DNA from: Pseudomonadota bacterium
GTDB taxonomy: Bacteria; Bdellovibrionota; FAC87; UBA2466
Assembly (NCBI GenBank): GCA_043767805.1
Contig: JAYUGC010000154.1
Coordinates: forward strand, 1 to 24,274
Length of the DNA stretch: 24,274 nucleotides
Direction: 5' to 3'
Shown: in pieces, positions 16,705-24,050 of the stretch
Layout of the letters: each line of letters begins with the position of its first letter
How positions within the stretch are numbered: position 1 is the first letter of the stretch
Notes under the pieces: model-generated
The model's input: only the letters and a program-made list of their open reading frames with translations
The model's database searches: none
What the model was told of the DNA's origin: nothing
Translations under genes and position numbers: made by a program

Positions 16705-17768
16705 TGATTGCGCAAGCTATCGAGAGTCGGAGACTCGTCCGAGCCCATATCGCGCGTCAGCGTTTGGCCGAGCACTTCGTCGAAGTGATACGGCGCAAGC
16801 CCGTCGCCAGGCGATTTGATGGTGATGTCTTCGGCCGAGATTACATGACCGGCTTTCAAGGGCCGGTTGAAAACGATCTTCTTACCCATCTTGATGAGGG
16901 GCTCGACTTCGCTCGCGTGCGTCGCCTTGATGTGGCTACCGAGGGCGAGACGCGTCCGTTTCAAATCGCGGATCATCTTCTTGATGCCCACAGGCTCGAG
17001 AGAGAACGCATGATCCGTGCCCTTCCAGGTGCGGTTCAGCGTGAAGTGCTTTTCGATGACGCGAGCGCCGAGCACGTAGCTCGCCACCGCCATCGCGATG
17101 CCGCTGTCGTGGGAAGAGAGACCGATGACCACATCCGGGAACGCGGTACGGAACGTCGAGACGACGTTCAGATCGAGCTCCTCGAACTTCGCCGGGTAAC
17201 CAGCCGTGCACTGCAAAATCGTCAGCTGCGTGTTGATCGGCATGATGGTGTCGTACGCGCGTTGCACGTCCGCCATGGTGCCGCCGCCGGTGCTGACCAC
17301 CATCGGCTTGCCGAGCTTCGCCACGTGCCGAAGCAGCGGGAGGCTTTTTAAATCGCCGGAGGCGATTTTGTACGCCGGCATATCGAGATCTGCCAAGAAG
17401 TCGGCGCTCGGAATGTCGAAAGCCGTCGAGAAAAACGTGATGCCGAGCTCTTTCGCGTACTCTTTGAGCTCGACGTACTCTTCCTTGCCGAACTCGAGCG
17501 CTTCGCGGTGCGCGCCGTAGGTGGCGCCGTAAGCGTTCTCGGAATTGTACGGCTTGTCGTACATCGCTTGAGTGAAGAGTGCCTTGTTGTCGCGCTTTTG
17601 AAGTTTCACGGAGTCGCATCCGCTTTCCTTCGCGACCCGGAACATCTCTTTGCAGGTGTCGACATTACCGCCGTGATTGTGACCAATCTCCGCGATGACG
17701 TAAGCGTCCGTACTGTCGTCAATCACGCGGCCGTCGATGATGAGCTGTCTCTTCAAAAGCTGTCCCAT
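16701..17768 (-). CDS. neuB: NeuB-family PEP-dependent ulosonate(-phosphate) synthase with C-terminal SAF/AFP-like domain
   Basis: Motifs IAEIGHNHGG, VKLQ, KIASGD, STG, LQCTAGYP, SSH, IEKHFTL, DH..SLEP, K.PGDG. RBS GGAGG. Confidence 0.93.
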   Translation of the reverse strand: MGQLLKRQLIIDGRVIDDSTDAYVIAEIGHNHGGNVDTCKEMFRVAKESGCDSVKLQKRDNKALFTQAMYDKPYNSENAYGATYGAHREALEFGKEEYVELKEYAKELGITFFSTAFDIPSADFLADLDMPAYKIASGDLKSLPLLRHVAKLGKPMVVSTGGGTMADVQRAYDTIMPINTQLTILQCTAGYPAKFEELDLNVVSTFRTAFPDVVIGLSSHDSGIAMAVASYVLGARVIEKHFTLNRTWKGTDHAFSLEPVGIKKMIRDLKRTRLALGSHIKATHASEVEPLIKMGKKIVFNRPLKAGHVISAEDITIKSPGDGLAPYHFDEVLGQTLTRDMGSDESPTLDSLRNQ

Positions 17769-17882
17769 ACTTGAAAAATCCTCCGAGAACTTCTCTAAAC
17801 GAGCCGAGAAGTCTGCCTAAAAACGCTTACACCACCTCGCCCAGAACCAAAGAGGAAGCTGCTTGAAGATCAACGGGGCGTA

Positions 17883-17915
17883 TGATTATTTGAACCGTAG
17901 CTGATCAAATAATCA
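17883..17915. promoter_or_regulatory. Perfect 11-bp inverted repeat in the divergent promoter region, candidate operator
   Basis: TGATTATTTGA-N11-TCAAATAATCA. Confidence 0.5.
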
Positions 17916-17957
17916 CGGGCAATATGAAACTAAGTGCGGAGCGGCCACGGGCCTTGG

Positions 17958-19466
17958 ATGTTTGACGTTTCGATTCTTTCGCCGAAAACCGCCGCGCCGC
18001 GAATCGTAGTTTTTCTCCGATCGATCAGTCACTTTTCGTACATTCAGTCGACTTTGGAAGCGTTACTCCACCATGGCGTATCTCTTCAGCTCGTTTTCGA
18101 CGCCGAAGCTAGCGCGGGCCACTCGACGGAATTCGTAAAGACTTGGGAAAGGCAGCACGGGCTTTCCCATTTCATTTACGCTAAGCGTCATAAAATGGGT
18201 TGGCGTAGGTACTTGCACGTCATCCGAGAGCTCGCTAGTTACGGAAGCTTTTTACGGCGGCGGGAACAGTCCGAGTTCTTTCTCCGGAGATGGCGAGGCT
18301 ACTTACCCAACCGGGTTCGCTTCTACCTTCAGCGCCGCACCGTAGGAAAAATTTTAAACGTTCTCATCGGGTCCCTTCCCTTTACTTGGATGGCACGGGC
18401 AATCGAACTCTTGGCTCCCGCGGATCCTGACGCCATGCTCCTACTCCGGCAATTACAGCCCGATGCTATTGTCGCGACTCCGGCCAACACCCGATTCTCG
18501 GCGGAAGTGGAATTTCTCAAAGCCGCTAAACGGCTGCACATTCCCTCGGCGGTCCCCGTTTACAGCTGGGATAATTTGACGACCAAAGGCCTCTTTCACT
18601 GCCGGCCGGATCTTTTGCTCGCGTGGAATGAAACGCACGCCGAGGAAGCCGTGCGGATTCACGGCATACCCCGGCATCGAGTCGCCATCACGGGAGCGCC
18701 TTTTTTCGATAAGTGGTTCACCGAGCCCGAACAAGGCCCCGAAAGCCGGCAACACTACTGCCGAAAAGTGGGCTTGGATCCCGCGCGTCCGTTTCTCACT
18801 TATCTCGGCTCCTCCTCCAACGTCGCGTCCGATGAGAGCTGGCTCGTAAAAGAGCTTGCGGAGACGCTGCTCAATCATGAGGATCCGGCTATCCGCCAAT
18901 ATCAAGTCTTGGTAAGACCGCACCCGGCCAATTTCAAAGGGCATTTGACTCCCCTTCCGCCAAATGCGGCGGTTTGGCCTCGCCCGCCTTTCGATTTCGA
19001 GCATGGCGTACCGGAAACCTCCGGGGCCCTTCGAGATCAAAGCCTCGCTCTGCAACTATCCGTCGCCACTATCGGCATCAATACCTCGGCAATGCTCGAA
19101 TCCATCATCGAGGACAAGCCTTCCTTTGCTTTTCTGTCGGATCTCTACCGTCCCACCCAGCAGGATACGACTCATTTTCAGACCCTGTCACGAACCGGAA
19201 CCCTTTATCCGATTCACACCCGCGACGAACTTGTGCGCGGTTTGCAACGGCTGGCACACGGTGAAGATCCCGCGCGAGGCGCAAGACGAGCCTTCGTCTT
19301 GAACTTCATGCGACCGCACGGACTTGCTGCTCCCGCAGCCACCCTGCAAGCTAGCGCCATCTTAGCGCTGAGCCGGGGCGTACCGGCACACATCATCAGC
19401 TCTCAGTTTTCCCCAAAGCGGTATGAAAGCTGGAAAAGGCCTCAGCCGATTTTTTCGGGAATGTAG
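17958..19466 (+). CDS. GT-B-like 'SWDNLTTKG' protein, putative CMP-ulosonate transferase (paralog 3)
   Basis: Motifs SWDNLTTKG, GAPFFDKW, RPHP, GINTSAMLES. Start uncertain (GTG 17934 or ATG 17958). Confidence 0.7.
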   Translation: MFDVSILSPKTAAPRIVVFLRSISHFSYIQSTLEALLHHGVSLQLVFDAEASAGHSTEFVKTWERQHGLSHFIYAKRHKMGWRRYLHVIRELASYGSFLRRREQSEFFLRRWRGYLPNRVRFYLQRRTVGKILNVLIGSLPFTWMARAIELLAPADPDAMLLLRQLQPDAIVATPANTRFSAEVEFLKAAKRLHIPSAVPVYSWDNLTTKGLFHCRPDLLLAWNETHAEEAVRIHGIPRHRVAITGAPFFDKWFTEPEQGPESRQHYCRKVGLDPARPFLTYLGSSSNVASDESWLVKELAETLLNHEDPAIRQYQVLVRPHPANFKGHLTPLPPNAAVWPRPPFDFEHGVPETSGALRDQSLALQLSVATIGINTSAMLESIIEDKPSFAFLSDLYRPTQQDTTHFQTLSRTGTLYPIHTRDELVRGLQRLAHGEDPARGARRAFVLNFMRPHGLAAPAATLQASAILALSRGVPAHIISSQFSPKRYESWKRPQPIFSGM

Positions 19467-20467
19467 GCTGATCCAAAGCGAGCCGGGGCGCGAAACAAAC
19501 TGTTGTCGCGCCGGGTAACGCGCTCGAAAAATCTTTCAAATTCCGTAGCTAGAGTTTCTAATGCAAAAGCTCCTCGCGTTTTTGCGAACACGGCCTTGAT
19601 ACGAGCGCGCTCCGCCGCATTCATGAGCTCTCCGAGCCCTTGTTCCAGTTCGGCCTCAGTCGAAAAAAACCGAACGCCCTCCGGCGCGGTCTCACGATAG
19701 GCATCGGCTTCCGAAGGCACTAGGCAAGGAACGCCGGCACCAATGAAGTTCGCCAATTTGACGTTAGACTTGTAACGACGGGCGAGGAAGCTATCGTGCT
19801 CACCGCCGCGAGCGGCAATCCCCAAGTCCATTTCCGCCAGATCCGGCGGATTGATTACGAAGGTGAGGCCGAACCGCTTGGCCAAAGTCTCGATGGCGCC
19901 TCGCCACGGTCCCAAAAATCGTTCGTCTCCCTCGTACGCCAAAGTGAGTGCCTTGGAGCGAGCGGGACGAGACAGAAGATCAGGGCGAAAATGATGATAG
20001 AGAACTTCGCCCGGCGCGACGTCTCTAAAATCCTCCCACATCGTGCGGTCGGGGTAGATCCAAGCACTCACCGGGAGCCCTCGCCACTTTTCCTCGAAAA
20101 GCCGGCGCGCCGAGGGCAAATCACCGTGGAGCAAACCGTCTTCGGGCTGCCGCCAGCCGTCGACGATATCGAGCACAACGGTTTTGCCCCCCGCTTTCAG
20201 GGCGTTCATCCGCTCCCGGTCGGGGTGCTTGATGTAACAGAAGACGTCGAAATCATCCCAGACCCGGGGAGAGGGCTCGGCAATCGCCTTCCAATTGGTG
20301 CGCGCGGAAGCTACCTGCACGCCGCGAATCTGCCACGACCCGCCCCGGTTCAGCCCACAAAAACAAACGCGTACAGAGGCCGCACGGGCAAAGGGAGCCT
20401 TCGCGGCGGCGCTATCCCGGCCGGCTAACCACCGCTGGTAAAAACGGTTTGAGGAAAAGAAGGGCAT
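19442..20467 (-). CDS. Hypothetical protein, likely a divergent GT-B (GT4-like) glycosyltransferase
   Basis: Motifs GSWQIRG, VVLDIVD, MDLGIA, KSNVKLANFIGAGVP (compare the GT4 pattern K..E..A.G.P). 25-nt convergent overlap with the neighbouring gene. Confidence 0.6.
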   Translation of the reverse strand: MPFFSSNRFYQRWLAGRDSAAAKAPFARAASVRVCFCGLNRGGSWQIRGVQVASARTNWKAIAEPSPRVWDDFDVFCYIKHPDRERMNALKAGGKTVVLDIVDGWRQPEDGLLHGDLPSARRLFEEKWRGLPVSAWIYPDRTMWEDFRDVAPGEVLYHHFRPDLLSRPARSKALTLAYEGDERFLGPWRGAIETLAKRFGLTFVINPPDLAEMDLGIAARGGEHDSFLARRYKSNVKLANFIGAGVPCLVPSEADAYRETAPEGVRFFSTEAELEQGLGELMNAAERARIKAVFAKTRGAFALETLATEFERFFERVTRRDNSLFRAPARFGSAYIPEKIG

Positions 20468-20574
20468 GAAAGTATCGTGTCGATGGGGACGGTAGCCTTG
20501 TCAAGGGCGCCCGGAGTCGGGGGTTGTCAAGCGGCCCCCGGTGCAAGAGGATGGGCGGCTAGGGGTCCAGTTTC

Positions 20575-22068
20575 ATGGAATGCGTTTTTGACAGGTTCTC
20601 ACGCGAAGGCTGGGCCGAAGCCAATTGGCTGATGCTGGGCAAAGGACCGTCCTTAAATGCCTTCGCTCGCCTGGACACTTCCGCTTACCGCACCGTCGCA
20701 TTGAACCACGTGGTCCGGGAACAAAAGGTGGATCTCGCTCACCTCATCGATCTCGAAGTCGTCGAGCAGGCCGGCGAAGCGCTCCTCGCGAACGCGGGCG
20801 CCGTGGTTCTGCCGTGGCACCCGCACATCGGCCACGTGCCTCTCGAACTGGAATTGCCCGAGATCGTCGCCGACAGTCCGATTCTCTCGAGGCTCGAGGC
20901 TGAAAATCGCCTTCTCTGGTACAACGCCGAAACTTCCCCGTTTCCGAACCCTCACTCTTCCTTGTTAGTGGGCGTTAAATTTTTTAGCGCCGAGGCCGTG
21001 ACGAACTTACTGGCCCTCGCCGGCGTCCGCCATATTCGCACTCTCGGTATCGACGGCGGCACAACCTATTACTCCCGCTTTGCGGACCTCAGGGGCAGCA
21101 CCCTACTTGCGAACGGACGCGCCACTTTCGACGTTCAGTTTCGCGAGATCGCGCAAACGATTCGCACCCGGCACTTGGATTTTGGCCCTCTCGATCAGCA
21201 GGTGCCCGCACGCGTTTTCGTCGGAACGACCCCCGAGCAGATGCTCGCGACGCAAGTCTTGGAATTTTCCATTCGTCAGCATGCTAGCCTGTCCGTCGAA
21301 GTCGTGCCGCTCTTTGAAGTAGTGCGCGAAACGCCCCTTCCCCGGGATCCTGCCAATCAGCCGCGCACCCCCTTTTCCTTCCAGCGATTCAGCATTCCGG
21401 AGCTGTGCGGACACAAGGGACGGGCCCTTTACGTCGATTCCGACATGCAAGTGTTCTCGGACTTGAGAAGGCTGTGGTCCCTTCCCTTCGAGGACGCGGA
21501 TCTCCTCGCGGTGGGAGACACTCAGAACCCGGACAGGCCGCCCCAGTTCAGCGTCATGCTCCTCGATTGCGAACGGCTCGGCTGGAAAATTTCCGATATA
21601 GTCGCCGGGCTCGATGCAGGAGAACTCGATTACACCTCTCTCATGCATCAGATGAAAGTGGCCAAGAAGATTGAGACTCGTGTCCCGCCGGAATGGAATC
21701 ATCTTGAAAAGTATCAGGACGGAAAGACCTGCCTCCTTCATTACACGGACATGAATCTGCAGCCGTGGGTCAGCCGCCGCAACCCGAATGGCTATCTATG
21801 GTGCCGCGCCCTTCGGGCAGCGGTCGAAGAAGGTTTCGTGACTCGGGAGTACGTCCAGGATCATGTGGAGCGGGGCTGGGTTCGCCCGTCGCTCCTCGCG
21901 CAGCTGGACAAAAAAATAGACGATCCGAGAAAGCTCGACGCCGCCGACCGGCTGCTCGACCGAGATTTTTGCGCGCCCTTCGAGGCCCTGGTCACCAAGC
22001 CCCGCTCTCCTTTAAAACGGCTTCGCAAATGGGCCGAACGAATGACCGGGGCCCAAGACAACGCTTAG
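20575..22068 (+). CDS. Two-domain glycosyltransferase: N-terminal GT42/Maf(DUF115)-like domain plus C-terminal GT8-like domain
   Basis: N-terminal part: LGKGPSL, ALNH, LAGVRHIRTLGIDG. C-terminal part: VFVG, TPFSFQRF.IPELC, YVDSD, SVML, EWN, LLHYT..QPW. Confidence 0.72.
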   Translation: MECVFDRFSREGWAEANWLMLGKGPSLNAFARLDTSAYRTVALNHVVREQKVDLAHLIDLEVVEQAGEALLANAGAVVLPWHPHIGHVPLELELPEIVADSPILSRLEAENRLLWYNAETSPFPNPHSSLLVGVKFFSAEAVTNLLALAGVRHIRTLGIDGGTTYYSRFADLRGSTLLANGRATFDVQFREIAQTIRTRHLDFGPLDQQVPARVFVGTTPEQMLATQVLEFSIRQHASLSVEVVPLFEVVRETPLPRDPANQPRTPFSFQRFSIPELCGHKGRALYVDSDMQVFSDLRRLWSLPFEDADLLAVGDTQNPDRPPQFSVMLLDCERLGWKISDIVAGLDAGELDYTSLMHQMKVAKKIETRVPPEWNHLEKYQDGKTCLLHYTDMNLQPWVSRRNPNGYLWCRALRAAVEEGFVTREYVQDHVERGWVRPSLLAQLDKKIDDPRKLDAADRLLDRDFCAPFEALVTKPRSPLKRLRKWAERMTGAQDNA

Positions 22069-22919
22069 TGGAACTTCCGCCGGGCGATGAGCAGAACGCG
22101 TTTGCCGTTTCTTTCAGCCCGCGTTTCGACGGGCTCAATGTCGGTGAAGCCCGCTTCCTTCAGCACCTGATGCAGATCGGATTCCAAAAGCCATTTGGCG
22201 TGGTCTTTCATCCCCGCAAAGACCGCTTGGTAACCGTCTTCCTTGAACTTGAAGTAGCGCCACTTGCGGCCGGCCACTTCGTACTCCCCATTGAGCTGCG
22301 CTTCGGTGGCCACGTGGGTATCGAGAAGGATCGTCTCGGAAACGCATTCCGCGAGCGTTCTCAGATGTCCCACCGGATCGGAGAGGTGATAGAGCACGCC
22401 GACATGAAAGGCCACCTCGGCCTGAATCCAGGCCGGAAAAGGCGACGCGAGCTTCTCCAAGTCGAAAACCACGACGCGCGGATGCTGTTCGTAAAAAGAC
22501 GTGCGCACGATGGTTTTCACCACGTTCTCGACGCGCGAATCGAGCGCCACCACCGCCTTCGCGCGCTGGGCGAGCGCGATGGTATGCACGCCTTCGAAAC
22601 AGCCGACTTCGAGGACGCGTTTGTCTTTCAAGCCCACCGCTTCGTCGAGAAGAACCACGCGTCTATCGGGAATGGACTGAGGAGTGACTCGCTTATTCAA
22701 TCCCGCGGGAAGCCCGAATCTGCGCCCCCGCCCGTCGACGGTAAAGCAGTTGAAATCGAGTATGCCATTCATCTCCTCGAGCTGATCGTCGGTCAGCATG
22801 TCGAGAAGCGGCACGGGCGCGGAAGGCGTCGGCCAGCCTTTCAAGGCAAGCGAGTGTTTATCCACCAACGGAGGGGCTTTCCACTGCTTCAAAAGGGTTC
22901 GGATTCCGTCTCTCAACAT
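22065..22919 (-). CDS. Class I SAM-dependent methyltransferase (CmoB/DUF1698-like)
   Basis: Motifs VLEVGCFEG, VALD, GVLYHLSDP, ILLDT. The ATG at 22919 follows GAGGG; the TTG at 22931 is an alternative start. Confidence 0.85.
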   Translation of the reverse strand: MLRDGIRTLLKQWKAPPLVDKHSLALKGWPTPSAPVPLLDMLTDDQLEEMNGILDFNCFTVDGRGRRFGLPAGLNKRVTPQSIPDRRVVLLDEAVGLKDKRVLEVGCFEGVHTIALAQRAKAVVALDSRVENVVKTIVRTSFYEQHPRVVVFDLEKLASPFPAWIQAEVAFHVGVLYHLSDPVGHLRTLAECVSETILLDTHVATEAQLNGEYEVAGRKWRYFKFKEDGYQAVFAGMKDHAKWLLESDLHQVLKEAGFTDIEPVETRAERNGKRVLLIARRKFH

Positions 22920-22927
22920 GGATGCCC

Positions 22928-23965
22928 TCAACTCGGCTCGGAGACCAGCTCGTTTAAGAGCGCGACTTCCGACTCCTTAAGTACCAGTAGGGGATGCCGC
23001 CTGAGCGATCCCTGCACCGGCAGACGGGGAACGCTTTGAAAGTCGTAGTTCAGAAATGAGAGCAAAAGCTGGACGCCAATGAAAAAGGGCAGCGCCGCGA
23101 GCATCACCGTGCCGCTAGAGGCGGTCACACCGGCAAGCGAAGCCTCATGCCATTTCACGAGCCCAATCGTCAGCCCCGCCGCTGATAGCATCAGGCCGAG
23201 CACGAGCTGAATGGAAGCCGGATTGAAGTCTCGCAAAAAATAGCCGTAGAAAATCCGTTTGAAGAAATTGATCCCGTGATGGAACAAAAACTCCGGAATG
23301 ATCCGGCCGATTTTGAGAGAGCTCTTCTCGTCGCCATAGCAGGCATCCATCGCCACGTCCTGGACGACCGCGCGCACGGTGGAAAGCCGGAAGAGCATGT
23401 CCGTTTCGAAAAAATAGCGGCGGGAAATCTTATCGAGTGGCAGCACCCGAACCACATTGGCGTGGATGGCGGTGTAGCCATTCGTGGGATCGAATAGCGA
23501 GTAGTACCCGGACGAAAGCTTCGTGAGAAGCGACAGCACGGCGTTGCCCGCGATCCGCAACGACGGCATCGAGGCCAAGCTCTCGATCCGGTAGAAACGA
23601 TTGCCCTTGGTGTAGTCGGCAAGGCCCGCTTCGATGGGGGCGACGAAACTGGAGATGAGGGCGGGATTCATCTGTCCGTCGCCGTCCAGTTTCACGAGGA
23701 TGGTGGCGCCCTCGCGGAGCGCGGCTTGGTAACCCGTCATGACCGCCGCTCCGACCCCTTGATTGGACGTATGAAAGAGCACGCGGACCCTCGGATCGGA
23801 ACAAGCGGCTAGTACCCGGTCTCCCGACTTTTCGGGGCAGGCGTCGTCCACGACGAAGATGGACTCGGCTTCCTTTCCAATTTTGGAAAGCAAATCAAGG
23901 ATTTGGTTCGCCACCCGGTAGGCGGGGACGATGACCGCCACGGTGCTGGAGGGACGCTCGTTCAT
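22928..23965 (-). CDS. GT2 glycosyltransferase, DPM1/GtrB-like, with two C-terminal transmembrane helices
   Basis: Motifs VIVPAY, VVDDACP, NQGVG, KLDGDGQM, KGNRF, R..GN, DPTNGY and two hydrophobic C-terminal segments. Start revised to ATG 23965, because the longer 24073 start overlaps the divergent gene. Confidence 0.88.
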   Translation of the reverse strand: MNERPSSTVAVIVPAYRVANQILDLLSKIGKEAESIFVVDDACPEKSGDRVLAACSDPRVRVLFHTSNQGVGAAVMTGYQAALREGATILVKLDGDGQMNPALISSFVAPIEAGLADYTKGNRFYRIESLASMPSLRIAGNAVLSLLTKLSSGYYSLFDPTNGYTAIHANVVRVLPLDKISRRYFFETDMLFRLSTVRAVVQDVAMDACYGDEKSSLKIGRIIPEFLFHHGINFFKRIFYGYFLRDFNPASIQLVLGLMLSAAGLTIGLVKWHEASLAGVTASSGTVMLAALPFFIGVQLLLSFLNYDFQSVPRLPVQGSLRRHPLLVLKESEVALLNELVSEPS

Positions 23966-23974
23966 AATCCGGCC

Positions 23975-24003
23975 ACTATATACAGGCGCCCTCGAAAGTC
24001 CAA
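23975..24003 (-). promoter_or_regulatory. Sigma70-like promoter for the 23965 gene
   Basis: TTGGAC-N17-TATAGT, ending 9 nt before the ATG. No SD present. Confidence 0.5.
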
Positions 24004-24013
24004 AACCCGCTTC

Positions 24014-24043
24014 TTGCCGCTTGGGGCAGCCGTGCACTAGTTT
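24014..24043 (+). promoter_or_regulatory. Sigma70-like promoter for the 24051 gene
   Basis: TTGCCG-N18-TAGTTT, ending 7 nt before the GTG. Confidence 0.4.
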
Positions 24044-24050
24044 GAGGGCG

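Noticed and set aside
17883..17915. Inverted repeat as a dif/Xer site or IS end
   Set aside because: The spacer is 11 nt rather than 6, the arms do not match XerC/XerD consensus, and no recombinase or transposase gene is present.
319..21916. A7/T7 homopolymer runs (near 319, 4335, 9642, 19663, 21910) as phase-variation tracts
   Set aside because: The runs are short, are ordinary Lys/Phe-type codon runs, and all reading frames are intact.
21765..23039. 424-aa + strand ORF
   Set aside because: Overlaps the GT fusion out of frame and is antisense to a clear methyltransferase gene. No motifs.
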